DNA of 64,000 nt from Eggerthella sp. CAG:298 (GCA_000435675.1 FR895148.1:113402-177401); one strand, 5' to 3'. Shown: positions 31,213-40,872, numbered from the stretch's first letter. The notes: a model not told the origin generated them from the sequence alone. Program-made: numbers and translations.

Positions 31213-32712
31213 ATGACAGACGCTGAAGCTTCTGCTCAAATAGAGAATCAAGATGAAGTCGTTGCAGCTGCTGATGAAGGGCAGCCTAAGAAGATGCGTA
31301 CCAAGAAGAAGGTACTGCTCATCACGCTCTTGGTCATTCTTGCGTCGCTCGTTGTCGTGTATGCCGCAGGAGCACTGTTCTTTTCGTCTCACTTCTATCC
31401 GAACACGCGCTTCAATGATGAAGATATCTCCTACCAGGCAGATACCGCGTTCGTCGATAAGGTCGAAGCTCAAGTGCCAGGGTACAAGCTCACCATCACG
31501 GGAGATGACTACATCCAGGACATCACGTCAGCGCAAGTCGACCTCTCTGTTGACCCTGAAAAGCTCAAAGTGGATGCGTTCGAGTCGCAGAATGTCTGGC
31601 TGTGGCCCATCGAGGTCTTTGGCAGCCACGATGTGAGCCATGTGATCGATGCTTCATTCGATCACGATAAGGTTGTAGAGATACTCACGCCTACCGTAGA
31701 GACCTATAACAAAGAGGCAACGCCCAGCGCCGATGCGACCATCGCCTATGACGAGCGCATCAATCTCGTAGTGGTAAAAGATGAAGTGTACGGCAATCAG
31801 ATCGATGCGGAAGCTTTCATCTCTAAAGTGGACGGGTGTCTCGCTTCATTGGAACCTACCTATCAGCTCAATGATGAGGTCTTCATCCAGCCGACCATCT
31901 TGGCAAGTGACGAACGCTTCAAGCAGGCGCTTCCTGCCGCACAAACGCTCATCAGTGGCGAGATCGACCTTACGCTTGCTGAAGGTACGGTCTCTGCGGG
32001 TAAAGTGGGCAAAGACCTGCTCGTTTCTTGGCTCACGCTCGATCCTGAGACCCTCATGCCAACTCTCGATCAGGCAGCAGTTGCCGCTTGGGCAGAACAG
32101 AAAGGCGCTGAGCTCAATACGATCGGCACCAAGCGCACGTTCAAACGCCCCGATGGGAAGAACGTTACCGTGAGTGGGGGAGTATACGGTTGGAAGGTGA
32201 GCACTGCCGATCTTGCGAGCACGCTTATCGGAAACGTTACTGCAGGGAACTTCGAAGCGATCGATATTCCCTGCGAGCAGACTGCCGATGTGTACAACGG
32301 ACCTGGTGGACGTGATTGGACGGCCTATGTCGACATCGATCTGTCCGAGCAAAAGGTGCGTTACTACAACGAAAAGGATGAAGAGCTCTTTGTGACCGAT
32401 TGTGTTACAGGCGACGTGAGCAAAGGGCGCTCGACGCCTACCGGACTGTATTATCTTCGTGCAAAGAAGAGTCCTGAGGTGCTGACGGGCTTCAATGCCG
32501 ATGGCACGAAAGACTATGAAACGCACGTTACCTACTGGATGCCCTTCATCCGCAACAGCATCGGTCTGCACGATGCGAGCTGGCGTGGTAAGTTCGGTGG
32601 TTCGATCTACAAGGGCAACGGTTCGCATGGTTGCGTGAACCTTCCAACAGAGGCCGCTAAGTGGTTCTACGATAACCTCACTACCAATGTGGCAGTCCTT
32701 GTTCATGAATAG
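31213..32712 (+). CDS. L,D-transpeptidase (YkuD domain) with N-terminal membrane anchor
   Basis: TM helix (LLITLLVILASLVVVYAAGALFF). C-terminal YkuD catalytic domain with GLHDASW...SHGCVNL (catalytic His/Cys). Confidence 0.8.
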   Translation: MTDAEASAQIENQDEVVAAADEGQPKKMRTKKKVLLITLLVILASLVVVYAAGALFFSSHFYPNTRFNDEDISYQADTAFVDKVEAQVPGYKLTITGDDYIQDITSAQVDLSVDPEKLKVDAFESQNVWLWPIEVFGSHDVSHVIDASFDHDKVVEILTPTVETYNKEATPSADATIAYDERINLVVVKDEVYGNQIDAEAFISKVDGCLASLEPTYQLNDEVFIQPTILASDERFKQALPAAQTLISGEIDLTLAEGTVSAGKVGKDLLVSWLTLDPETLMPTLDQAAVAAWAEQKGAELNTIGTKRTFKRPDGKNVTVSGGVYGWKVSTADLASTLIGNVTAGNFEAIDIPCEQTADVYNGPGGRDWTAYVDIDLSEQKVRYYNEKDEELFVTDCVTGDVSKGRSTPTGLYYLRAKKSPEVLTGFNADGTKDYETHVTYWMPFIRNSIGLHDASWRGKFGGSIYKGNGSHGCVNLPTEAAKWFYDNLTTNVAVLVHE

Positions 32713-32725
32713 CACCTGATGATCG

Positions 32726-33679
32726 ATGGATTTTCTGAACATGAGCGATCAAACAGAAAAACAGACAGAACCATATCGTTTCTTCGGTACGCAAGAAGAG
32801 GGAATCGTAGGAAAACGCGATCTGTCTTATGACGATGCACCGATCGGCGTCTTCGATTCTGGTTTTGGTGGCCTTACCGTTGCGCGCGAGATCATGAAGG
32901 CGCTCCCACATGAGAACATCATCTACTTTGGAGACACGCTTCATTGCCCTTATGGCCCTCGCTCATTCGATGAGGTTGCTTCTTTCGTGGAGCAGATTGG
33001 CACCTGGCTTGTGGATCAGGGTGTGAAGATGATCGTGATCGCCTGCAATACGGCAACTGCGGCTGGACTGAGCTTGGCGCAAACGAAATTTCCGGTGCCG
33101 GTCATCGGCGTTGTTGAGCCGGGGGCACGCGCGGCTGCTCGAGCCACACGCAACAAGAGGGTAGGGGTCATTGCAACGAAGGGCACGGTCGAATCGGATG
33201 TCTACACACATGCTATTCGTGCGAACGATGCAGGTATCACCGTGTTCGCAACGGCAACGCCTCGGTTCGTCGAGATCGCTGAGCTGGGCATTCAGATGGC
33301 AAAAGGGCCGATCGAGAACTATACTTCGCTCGCTTCGCAGGTTTATATTCGACCAGAATTCCAAGAGATCGCGCAAGACTACCTCGATCCACTTCGCCGC
33401 TGCGATGTTGATACGCTCGTACTGGGTTGCACTCACTTCCCGCTATTGAAATCCCTGATCGGAGGCGTGATGGGTAGGGAAGTGGTGCTCATCTCCTCAG
33501 CTTCTGAGGTTGCACGTGATTGTGCTGATATCCTGAGCCGTCAGGGGATCACTGCGCGCCCCGACAATAAAGCACGCTATGAATTCTTCACGTCGGGCAA
33601 CGATATCGAAGCGTTCAGGCGGTTTGGCACCCGTGTGCTTCGTTTTCCGCTCGACCACCTTACTCATATCGTCTTATAA
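32726..33679 (+). CDS. murI: Glutamate racemase
   Basis: Motifs VFDSGFGGLTV and IACNTATA with two catalytic Cys regions. Has an N-terminal ~35-aa extension, so the start may be downstream. Confidence 0.88.
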   Translation: MDFLNMSDQTEKQTEPYRFFGTQEEGIVGKRDLSYDDAPIGVFDSGFGGLTVAREIMKALPHENIIYFGDTLHCPYGPRSFDEVASFVEQIGTWLVDQGVKMIVIACNTATAAGLSLAQTKFPVPVIGVVEPGARAAARATRNKRVGVIATKGTVESDVYTHAIRANDAGITVFATATPRFVEIAELGIQMAKGPIENYTSLASQVYIRPEFQEIAQDYLDPLRRCDVDTLVLGCTHFPLLKSLIGGVMGREVVLISSASEVARDCADILSRQGITARPDNKARYEFFTSGNDIEAFRRFGTRVLRFPLDHLTHIVL

Positions 33680-33691
33680 GGAGTGCCTTTC

Positions 33692-34285
33692 ATGGCTAAG
33701 AAGGTAATCATCGCAACCAACAATGCTCATAAGGTTGAGGAGATCTCCGATTTCTTCTCCGCGCTCGATTGGGAATGCGAGAGTCTTGCTCAAGCGGGCA
33801 TCGAATCTAATCCGGATGAAACAGGCACCACACTCATCGAGAATGCCCGTATCAAAGCTCAGGCTGCTCATGAGCTTTCAGGTTGTGCGGTCCTCGCAGA
33901 TGATTCAGGGTTGCTCGTTGATGCGCTCGATGGCGCACCAGGGGTCTATTCTTCACGCTATGCGGGAGAGGACGGAAACGACCAAAAGAACAACGCCTTC
34001 TTGCTCGAGAACATCGCACAGGTTGGACCTGAAGATCGTACGGCTCATTTTTCGTGCGTACTATGCTTCATCGATGAAGACGGAACCGAGACCACTGCAG
34101 AAGGCAGGGTCGAAGGCTTGATCGGGTTCGAGGTGCGCGGCAACGAAGGTTTTGGGTACGATCCGCTCTTTCTGCCGGATGACTTTGACAACGAATATAC
34201 GTTTGCAGAGCTTGGGCTTGCCGAGAAACAGAAGGTGTCACATCGTGCGCGTGCGTTGCGCGCTCTTATGGACAAGCTTTCGTAA
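33692..34285 (+). CDS. rdgB: Non-canonical purine NTP pyrophosphatase (dITP/XTP), RdgB/Ham1 family
   Basis: Motifs IATNNAHKVEE, DSGL and FGYDP of the Ham1 family. Four nt downstream of murI. Confidence 0.88.
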   Translation: MAKKVIIATNNAHKVEEISDFFSALDWECESLAQAGIESNPDETGTTLIENARIKAQAAHELSGCAVLADDSGLLVDALDGAPGVYSSRYAGEDGNDQKNNAFLLENIAQVGPEDRTAHFSCVLCFIDEDGTETTAEGRVEGLIGFEVRGNEGFGYDPLFLPDDFDNEYTFAELGLAEKQKVSHRARALRALMDKLS

Positions 34286-34482
34286 CTAACACATGCATTC
34301 GATCAAATGCTGCTGCATTCTGGCGCAAGAGCTAGACTGTTGCATATTAATTCCTAGCCAAAAATGAAGAAGGAATACGAGAGGAGAGAAGCCACGATTC
34401 TCGCATTGTCTAAAATAGTCCTTAGTTTACATAAGATATATTATCAAATTAATATAGAGAATGAGCAGGTGAACCAAGCGCG

Positions 34483-34926
34483 CTAATTACCACTTGAGCC
34501 AAAACCGCCGCTCCCTCGCTCGGTCTCGCTCAATTCATCAACCTCGGTGAAATCTACTTCTTCTGCTTTGATGATGATAAGCTGTGCGATTCGATCGCCC
34601 TTGCGTATCTCTATCGGAGCTTTGGGATCAAGATTGATCGCGATCGCCTTTAGCTCGCCTCGATAATTCGAATCGATGAGCCCCGGTGTGTTCACGAGCG
34701 ACAAACCTTTATTGATCGCATTTCCGCTTCGCGGGATCACGAGCGCTGCAAATCCAAGCGGCAACTCGATCGAAATGCCCGTTTTGATGAGTTTTCGCTC
34801 AAAAGGCTCTAAAATAACGTCTTCTAAGCTTGATAAATCGTATCCAGCATCACCAAAACGTCCATGAGACGGTGTAACGGCTTCTGAGGCCATTTTAGTG
34901 AATTTCACGGGTATTTTATCAAGCAT
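34483..34926 (-). CDS. dut: dUTP diphosphatase
   Basis: dUTPase motifs AGYDL, RSG, GLIDSNYRGE and a C-terminal RGSGGFGSSG (motif V). Confidence 0.9.
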   Translation of the reverse strand: MLDKIPVKFTKMASEAVTPSHGRFGDAGYDLSSLEDVILEPFERKLIKTGISIELPLGFAALVIPRSGNAINKGLSLVNTPGLIDSNYRGELKAIAINLDPKAPIEIRKGDRIAQLIIIKAEEVDFTEVDELSETERGSGGFGSSGN

Positions 34927-34991
34927 AGTTGTTACAAGCCCTTAGAAACGCTCTCAGAGGGTCATTTTCTCAGAAAGACCAAAATGAGCGT

Positions 34992-35441
34992 TTATCGATG
35001 GATATTATGCAGTGCGTTACTGAATTCTTCGATATTTTGGAAGTCTTTGTAAACGCTCGCGAAACGAATGTAAGCAACCTCATCAAGATCAGCCAGGTAC
35101 GACAACGTTAGATCGCCGAGCTCTTTTGAGGTGATCTCATTGCGCGGGTTCGAGCGCAACTCACGTTCGATGTTGTCGATGATGTCAGAAATCTGTTCTG
35201 GCGTGATCGGACGTTTAGCGCATGCGATGAGAATACCGCGGAACAATTTATCACGGCTGAACGCTTCAGACGAATTATCGCTCTTGATGATAACGAGCGG
35301 ATTGTCGCCAAGTCTTTCATAGGTAGTGAAACGATTGCCGCATTCAAGGCATTCACGGCGACGCCTGATAGATGCGCCGTCATCTGCGGGACGCGAGTCG
35401 ACGACCTTAGATTCACCACAACCACAAGATGGGCAACGCAT
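34992..35441 (-). CDS. nrdR: Transcriptional repressor NrdR
   Basis: N-terminal zinc ribbon MRCPSCG...CLECG followed by an ATP-cone. 149 aa. Confidence 0.92.
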   Translation of the reverse strand: MRCPSCGCGESKVVDSRPADDGASIRRRRECLECGNRFTTYERLGDNPLVIIKSDNSSEAFSRDKLFRGILIACAKRPITPEQISDIIDNIERELRSNPRNEITSKELGDLTLSYLADLDEVAYIRFASVYKDFQNIEEFSNALHNIHR

Positions 35442-35562
35442 AGGACTCCTTCGTTCGTTTGAGCACTACACTACCACAAGATATTGTGTTTTTATACACC
35501 GCGCCCCTAAATAAGACGATCACTGAGGTTGAAAGGTTGAAGCAACAGTGGAAGACTGAGCA

Positions 35563-35970
35563 TTATACCCCGAACACGATCAACAAGAAGGCGGCAACAC
35601 CGGTTGCTGTGAACCCTTTTGCAAAGGTGATGAGATCGTCCCTGCGGTAGCGATTCACGCTCTTGTGCGCCTGAGTTTCTTTACGGAAAAGATCGCGCAA
35701 GATCCTATTGTGCTTGATGCGAACGAGCGCCTTATTCGGCAGCGAAAGAGAGTCTTCGAGCAAAGTGGAACGAGTGAAGGATCCACGAGAGCTACTCAAG
35801 GTCTGATGTGCTTCCTTACACACGTCGTCGAAATCGATGATGATAGCGCGTTCAGATTTTGCACTGGTCATTGTGTGGAATTGAGGCTTGCCGTACACAT
35901 CGAATTCTTCGAAATCTGCTTCTAGTGCGTTCGAACCATTAGTTAAGAATCTCTTATGCGCTTCGTTCAT
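35563..35970 (-). CDS. Hypothetical C-tail-anchored membrane protein, divergent from lexA (candidate SOS-induced gene)
   Basis: 136 aa from ATG 35970 (GAGGAAG Shine-Dalgarno). A soluble N-terminal region is followed by a single hydrophobic helix at the extreme C-terminus (TATGVAAFLLIVFGV*). No recognisable domain. Three LexA boxes lie in its upstream region. Confidence 0.5.
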   Translation of the reverse strand: MNEAHKRFLTNGSNALEADFEEFDVYGKPQFHTMTSAKSERAIIIDFDDVCKEAHQTLSSSRGSFTRSTLLEDSLSLPNKALVRIKHNRILRDLFRKETQAHKSVNRYRRDDLITFAKGFTATGVAAFLLIVFGV

Positions 35971-35993
35971 AATTTGCTTCTTCCTCTTGCATA

Positions 35994-36005
35994 GAACCTT
36001 TGTTC
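35994..36005. promoter_or_regulatory. LexA (Cheo-type) box GAACCTTTGTTC
   Basis: GAAC-N4-GTTC dyad in the lexA / hypothetical-gene divergent intergenic region. Confidence 0.65.
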
Positions 36006-36021
36006 GTGTATACTTTAAATC

Positions 36022-36033
36022 GAACATCCGTTC
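36022..36033. promoter_or_regulatory. LexA (Cheo-type) box GAACATCCGTTC
   Basis: GAAC-N4-GTTC dyad, 16 nt from box 1. A TATACT -10-like hexamer lies between the two at 36009-36014. Confidence 0.65.
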
Positions 36034-36049
36034 TTGTCAATGAAAAAAC

Positions 36050-36061
36050 GAACAAATGTTT
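36050..36061. promoter_or_regulatory. LexA-like box GAACAAATGTTT (imperfect)
   Basis: GAAC-N4-GTTT, 15 nt upstream of the lexA start region. Confidence 0.5.
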
Positions 36062-36076
36062 GTATAGGAGAAACTA

Positions 36077-36703
36077 ATGGATTCACTCTCCAAAAGACAG
36101 CAGCAAATATACAATTTCATCGAGTCTTATATCGAGCAAAAAGGTTTTGGCCCTACCGTCCGTGAGATCTGCGAGGCGGTGAACCTCTCCTCCCCTTCCA
36201 CGGTCCATGTGCACCTTAAAACGCTCGAGGATAAGGGCTACATCGTGCGTGATTCCTTGAAGTCACGTTCGATCGCACTCCCTCACAAAGAAGAGACCCA
36301 AACCCACGGCTCTGCCGCCTACGAGAATTCGATCTCGCTTCCGGTGGTAGGCCGCGTTGCTGCTGGTGAACCCATCCTTGCTGAGCAGAATATCGAAAAT
36401 ACACTCACGCTTCCTACTGAATTGGTGGGCGATTCTGCCTCGTTCATCCTTTCCGTGCATGGGGATTCCATGATCGAAGCCGGCATCAACGATGGCGATT
36501 ACGTGGTCGTCAAGGAGCAGCAAGTAGCTAACAATGGAGAGATCATCGTGGCGCTCATCGAAGACGGTGCAACTGTGAAGCGCTTCTACAAAGAAGCCGA
36601 CCACATTCGTCTTCAGCCTGAGAACTCTTCTATGGAGCCCATCATCGTGCGTGATTGTGCGATCGTCGGCAAGGTTGTTGCGGTCATGCGCCGCGTGTAT
36701 TAA
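36077..36703 (+). CDS. lexA: LexA repressor
   Basis: N-terminal winged HTH, cleavage-site region VAAGEP, and S24 peptidase motifs (GDSM...K). 208 aa. Confidence 0.92.
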   Translation: MDSLSKRQQQIYNFIESYIEQKGFGPTVREICEAVNLSSPSTVHVHLKTLEDKGYIVRDSLKSRSIALPHKEETQTHGSAAYENSISLPVVGRVAAGEPILAEQNIENTLTLPTELVGDSASFILSVHGDSMIEAGINDGDYVVVKEQQVANNGEIIVALIEDGATVKRFYKEADHIRLQPENSSMEPIIVRDCAIVGKVVAVMRRVY

Positions 36704-36715
36704 TACCAGTTCAGA

Positions 36716-38014
36716 CTACTCTTCGCCTATGCGATAGCTGCTGAACTGCGCAGAGAGCTCTGGAGAAACGCGCAAGCTCATACGAGTGCCTTCCTCGGTG
36801 TATTCTTCCGCAAGGATCGAGCAGCGCTTATGCGCAAGAGACACGAGCTCGCCTTTCGTAAAGGGGATCAATACCTCCATCAATACCTGATGCGCTTCAG
36901 CGGCAAGTCCGATGCGCTTGATGAGCTCATCGATGCCTTCACCCGTAAGTGTAGAGGTGAAGAGCGCATGAGGAAAGCGCATTCGATACGCGCTCAATTG
37001 CTCTTCATCGAGCAAGTCGATCTTATTGAAAACCTCGATGCGCGATATCTCATCTGCATCGATCTGGGCAAGAACTTCATTTACCGTATCTATCTGCTCT
37101 TTGAAATTAGCATCTGATGCATCAACAACATGAAGGATGAGATCCGCTCCACTGATCTCATCGAGCGTTGATTTGAACGCCTCTACAAGCGTGGTAGGAA
37201 GCTTTTGAATGAATCCGACCGTATCGGTTAACGTAAGCTCGCGCCCGTCAGGGATCACCAGTTTTCGGGTGGTCGAATCGAGCGTTGCGAAGAGCTTGTC
37301 ATAGCTCAAGACTTCTGCATCGGTGATCGTATTCAATAAGCTCGATTTTCCTGCATTGGTATAGCCAGCCAAGGCAACCTTGAAGATCCCTGAATGATAA
37401 CGCTGTTTGCGTTGCAAGGTACGCGTTTTAGAGATATCAGCAAGCTCTCGCTTGATCGAGGTGATGCGCTTACGCACCATGCGACGATCGACCTCAAGCT
37501 GGCTTTCGCCCTCACCGAAACGCGATCCAACGCCACCGCCCATTCGGTTCGACGCTAGATGCGCCCACATGCCGCGCAAACGCGGTAGCAGGTATTCGTT
37601 TTGAGCAAGTCGTACCTGAAGGCGCCCTTCCCTACTGGTGGCATGAAGAGCGAAGATGTCTAAGATGAGCGCGGTGCGGTCGATGATCTTAATATCCTTG
37701 CCCACTTGCTTCTCTAGATTGGATTGTTGTGAAGGAGTGAGTTCGTCGTCGAAGATGACCAGATCAGCCGCATAGGATCGGCACAGCTGCGCTACCTCAT
37801 CAACCTTTCCTGACCCGATGAAGGTGCGAGGATTAGGAGATTCAAGGCGTTGGAACGTTGTTGCTACTACCTCTGCTCCCGCCGTTTGTGCGAGTCGCTC
37901 CAATTCTGCAAGTGAAGACTCGGTTGGCCATTGTTGGTTAGGACGTTTGACGCCTACCAACACGGCTCGTTCCGCATAGTCTTGAGGGATTTTTTTCACA
38001 TGAAGCTTTGCCAA
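36716..38014 (-). CDS. hflX: GTPase HflX
   Basis: HflX N-terminal domain plus G-domain motifs (GYTNAGKSSL, DTVG, NKID). 432 aa. Confidence 0.9.
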   Translation of the reverse strand: MAKLHVKKIPQDYAERAVLVGVKRPNQQWPTESSLAELERLAQTAGAEVVATTFQRLESPNPRTFIGSGKVDEVAQLCRSYAADLVIFDDELTPSQQSNLEKQVGKDIKIIDRTALILDIFALHATSREGRLQVRLAQNEYLLPRLRGMWAHLASNRMGGGVGSRFGEGESQLEVDRRMVRKRITSIKRELADISKTRTLQRKQRYHSGIFKVALAGYTNAGKSSLLNTITDAEVLSYDKLFATLDSTTRKLVIPDGRELTLTDTVGFIQKLPTTLVEAFKSTLDEISGADLILHVVDASDANFKEQIDTVNEVLAQIDADEISRIEVFNKIDLLDEEQLSAYRMRFPHALFTSTLTGEGIDELIKRIGLAAEAHQVLMEVLIPFTKGELVSLAHKRCSILAEEYTEEGTRMSLRVSPELSAQFSSYRIGEE

Positions 38015-38052
38015 AGCAGATGGAGTCTCCTTAGTTGGTCTTGCATTATATT

Positions 38053-39063
38053 CTATCGTACGAGCGACTTTGAAGACTCTTGCCGGTAGCGTTCACAGAT
38101 GATCGCGGTCATCTGCTCTACGGAAAGATCGTCTGCGTTAAGAGGGATCAAGCGCCCGTCGCGCCTGAACCACGAGCGCTGCCGCTTAGCATAGCGTCTT
38201 GTAGCGGTTTTGATCTGGCGAAATGCCTCATCAAGTGTGATCTCACCCTTTTCATAGGCGATGATCTCCTTATACCCGATTGCCTTAGGGGCCGTGAGCG
38301 CTTCCTCGAAACCGCGAGCCATGAGTGCCTCAACCTCTTCAACGAGCCCCTCTTCGCGCATCATATCTACACGAGCATTGATGCGCTCAGCAAGGATGAA
38401 TGGGTCAACCTCAAGGAAGAATCGTATGGAAGGTACTGCTTCAGGGAGTGATCTGATGTTCTTCACCTGATCAGCATAAGAAACGCCTTCTTCATGCATC
38501 TCAAGCGCACGGATCACGCGTTTGAAGTTATTCGGGTGGATGAGCTTGGCTGCAGCAGGGTCCTTTTCGTTGAGCAGGTTCCACAAGGCTTCATTTCCCT
38601 GTTGAGCCTGAAGAGCTTCATAGTGGGCGCGCAGCGGATTATCATCTTGCTCGCCTTCAGGAAAACGCATGTCCTCGAGTGCAGCCTGGACATAGAACCC
38701 TGTACCGCCTGAAAGGATAGGAACCTTATTGCGCGTGGCAATATCCCTGAATGCTGCGCGCGCTTGTTCTTGAAATAGCTGCGCCGAATAGGACTGACCC
38801 GGATCGACGATGTCGAGCAGGTGGTGCTTTACGAGGCGCTCTTCGGGCTTTAGTTTTGCGGTGCCGATATCCATGAAGCGATAGATCTGCATGGAATCTG
38901 CGCTCACCACTTCCCCATCGAGCTCAAGCGCCACCGACTGAGCAAGCGCTGACTTGCCTGATGCCGTGGGACCGACGATCGAAACAACGAGCGCATCGTT
39001 TATGATTCCCGCTTGAGATTCAGAAGAAGCGCTGTTGAGGGGATGCTGCAGAGAATGAGCCAT
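38053..39063 (-). CDS. miaA: tRNA dimethylallyltransferase
   Basis: P-loop GPTASGKS and IPT family motifs (MDIGTAK). Confidence 0.9.
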   Translation of the reverse strand: MAHSLQHPLNSASSESQAGIINDALVVSIVGPTASGKSALAQSVALELDGEVVSADSMQIYRFMDIGTAKLKPEERLVKHHLLDIVDPGQSYSAQLFQEQARAAFRDIATRNKVPILSGGTGFYVQAALEDMRFPEGEQDDNPLRAHYEALQAQQGNEALWNLLNEKDPAAAKLIHPNNFKRVIRALEMHEEGVSYADQVKNIRSLPEAVPSIRFFLEVDPFILAERINARVDMMREEGLVEEVEALMARGFEEALTAPKAIGYKEIIAYEKGEITLDEAFRQIKTATRRYAKRQRSWFRRDGRLIPLNADDLSVEQMTAIICERYRQESSKSLVR

Positions 39064-39066
39064 AGC

Positions 39067-40428
39067 TTAAACAAGATGACCTTTGAGATACCAGGTTCGA
39101 GCTTCATCGATCTTCACCGGCACGATCGTGCCCAAAAGCTGTTCGAGCGTGACCCCCGAAGGAAGCGGGGCGTGAACCGTCTGATTCTTAGGGCTCTTTC
39201 CGGCAAGAATGGATGGATCGCGTTTTGAAGTGCCTTCGATCAAGACAGGAACGGTAGCTCCAAGATCTGCCTGATTGGCACTAAAGGCACCCTGTTGTAC
39301 GAGCTCAACTAACCGATCGAAACGACCTTGGATCTCTTCATGCGTAGAGGTTGGTGCAAGCTCAGCTGCAGGTGTCCCTTCACGCGGAGAATAGAGGAAG
39401 GTGAATACCTGGTGATAGCCAACCTGTTCGATGAGGCTATAGGTATCAAGGAAATCTTGCTCAGTCTCCCCCGGGAATCCAACGATGACATCAGTGGAGA
39501 GCGCGATATCAGGGCGCGCAAGTCGCAATTTGTCGATGAGCTCAAGATAGCGCTCGCGCGTGTAGCGGCGATTCATCTCATGAAGGATCGCGTTGGATCC
39601 TGATTGAACCGGGAGATGCAGCGCAGGCATGAGATTGGGAAGCTCGCCGAACAGGGCGATCACTTCATCGGTCAGATCTTTCGGATGCGACGTAGCGAAA
39701 CGCAAACGCTCGATACCGGTATCTGAAACGCGTTTGAGGAGTTCGCTGAATTGTGATGAGCCATAAAGATCGCGCCCATAAGAATTCACATTCTGCCCCA
39801 GCAGCGTGATCTCCTTCACGCCTTCCCTGACGAGCGAACGCGCTTCAGCGATGATGTCTTCGACCGTACGGGATTTCTCACGTCCGCGCACATAAGGAAC
39901 GATGCAATAGGTGCAGAAATTATTGCACCCAATGGAGATCGGAAGCCATGCTGACCAGGGAACCTCGCGGCTCGTGGGCAAGCAGGTAGGAAATTCATCA
40001 GCAGCGTCGAGTACTTCAACAGCAGCGGTATGGCCAGCGATCGCTTGCTTGAGAAGCGATGGAACGCTCGAGAGGTTGAAGGTGCCGAATACGGCGCTCA
40101 CGTGGGGCAGCTCCTCGATCAGGTGCTCACCCTCATGCTGCCCAATACAACCCCCTATGCAAACGATGCGCTCTTCGAGATCGGAATGAGCAGGAAGCTC
40201 TATGTTCTTAAGAGAAGCGACTTGACCTTTGAGGCGCGTTTCTGCTGCTGCACGCACACAGCAGGTCATATAAACGACGATCTCGGATTCTTCGATCGAA
40301 TCGACACGGCGTGCACCCGCGTCTTCGAGCATACCAACGATGCGTTCTGAATCGTGCTTGTTCATCTGACACCCGAAAGTAATCACATGAAACGTGCGGT
40401 TTTGGAGCGAGGATGGAACAGGAGTCAT
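39067..40428 (-). CDS. miaB: tRNA-2-methylthio-N6-dimethylallyladenosine synthase (radical SAM MTTase)
   Basis: UPF0004 N-terminal domain (TFGCQMN), radical SAM motif CNNFCTYC and a TRAM domain. Start placed at Met 40428 (GGAAAGG Shine-Dalgarno) to avoid overlap with spoVS. Confidence 0.9.
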   Translation of the reverse strand: MTPVPSSLQNRTFHVITFGCQMNKHDSERIVGMLEDAGARRVDSIEESEIVVYMTCCVRAAAETRLKGQVASLKNIELPAHSDLEERIVCIGGCIGQHEGEHLIEELPHVSAVFGTFNLSSVPSLLKQAIAGHTAAVEVLDAADEFPTCLPTSREVPWSAWLPISIGCNNFCTYCIVPYVRGREKSRTVEDIIAEARSLVREGVKEITLLGQNVNSYGRDLYGSSQFSELLKRVSDTGIERLRFATSHPKDLTDEVIALFGELPNLMPALHLPVQSGSNAILHEMNRRYTRERYLELIDKLRLARPDIALSTDVIVGFPGETEQDFLDTYSLIEQVGYHQVFTFLYSPREGTPAAELAPTSTHEEIQGRFDRLVELVQQGAFSANQADLGATVPVLIEGTSKRDPSILAGKSPKNQTVHAPLPSGVTLEQLLGTIVPVKIDEARTWYLKGHLV

Positions 40429-40447
40429 GAAGACCTTTCCTGTGGGT

Positions 40448-40753
40448 TTAGCGAGGAACAACGCTGAATCTGATCGCTGTGCGATACTCGCCATCGATCA
40501 CGATGTCGGCGAAAGAAGGGATGCAAACGATATCGATGCCAACAGGAGAAAGGAAGCCACGAGAGATCGCGATAGCTTTCACGGCCTGATTGACCGCCCC
40601 TGCACCAACCGATTGGATCTCTACGGGAACACCATCTTTGATCATGCCGGCTACAGCACCTGCAACAGATGCAGGAGATGATTTCGAAGAAACCTTTAGA
40701 CAATGGATCTCGGATGATTGTGGAGCTGTCTCTTGTGAATTCGATTGAGGCAT
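40448..40753 (-). CDS. spoVS: SpoVS-family protein (stage V sporulation protein S homolog)
   Basis: Strong similarity to the conserved SpoVS core: LKVSSKSSPASVAGAVAG...EIQSVGAGAVNQAVKAIAISRGF...GIDIVCIPSF. Has an N-terminal ~15-aa extension, so the start is uncertain. Confidence 0.8.
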   Translation of the reverse strand: MPQSNSQETAPQSSEIHCLKVSSKSSPASVAGAVAGMIKDGVPVEIQSVGAGAVNQAVKAIAISRGFLSPVGIDIVCIPSFADIVIDGEYRTAIRFSVVPR

Positions 40754-40872
40754 CGGTCGATCTTTCCAAGTTTGTAGTGCATCTAAACTGCTTTTATAGT
40801 GTGTGTTTATGATATTTTACCGATTCATAGATAATTACGCAATCCTCGGCAAATTCAGGATGCGAAACAGGG

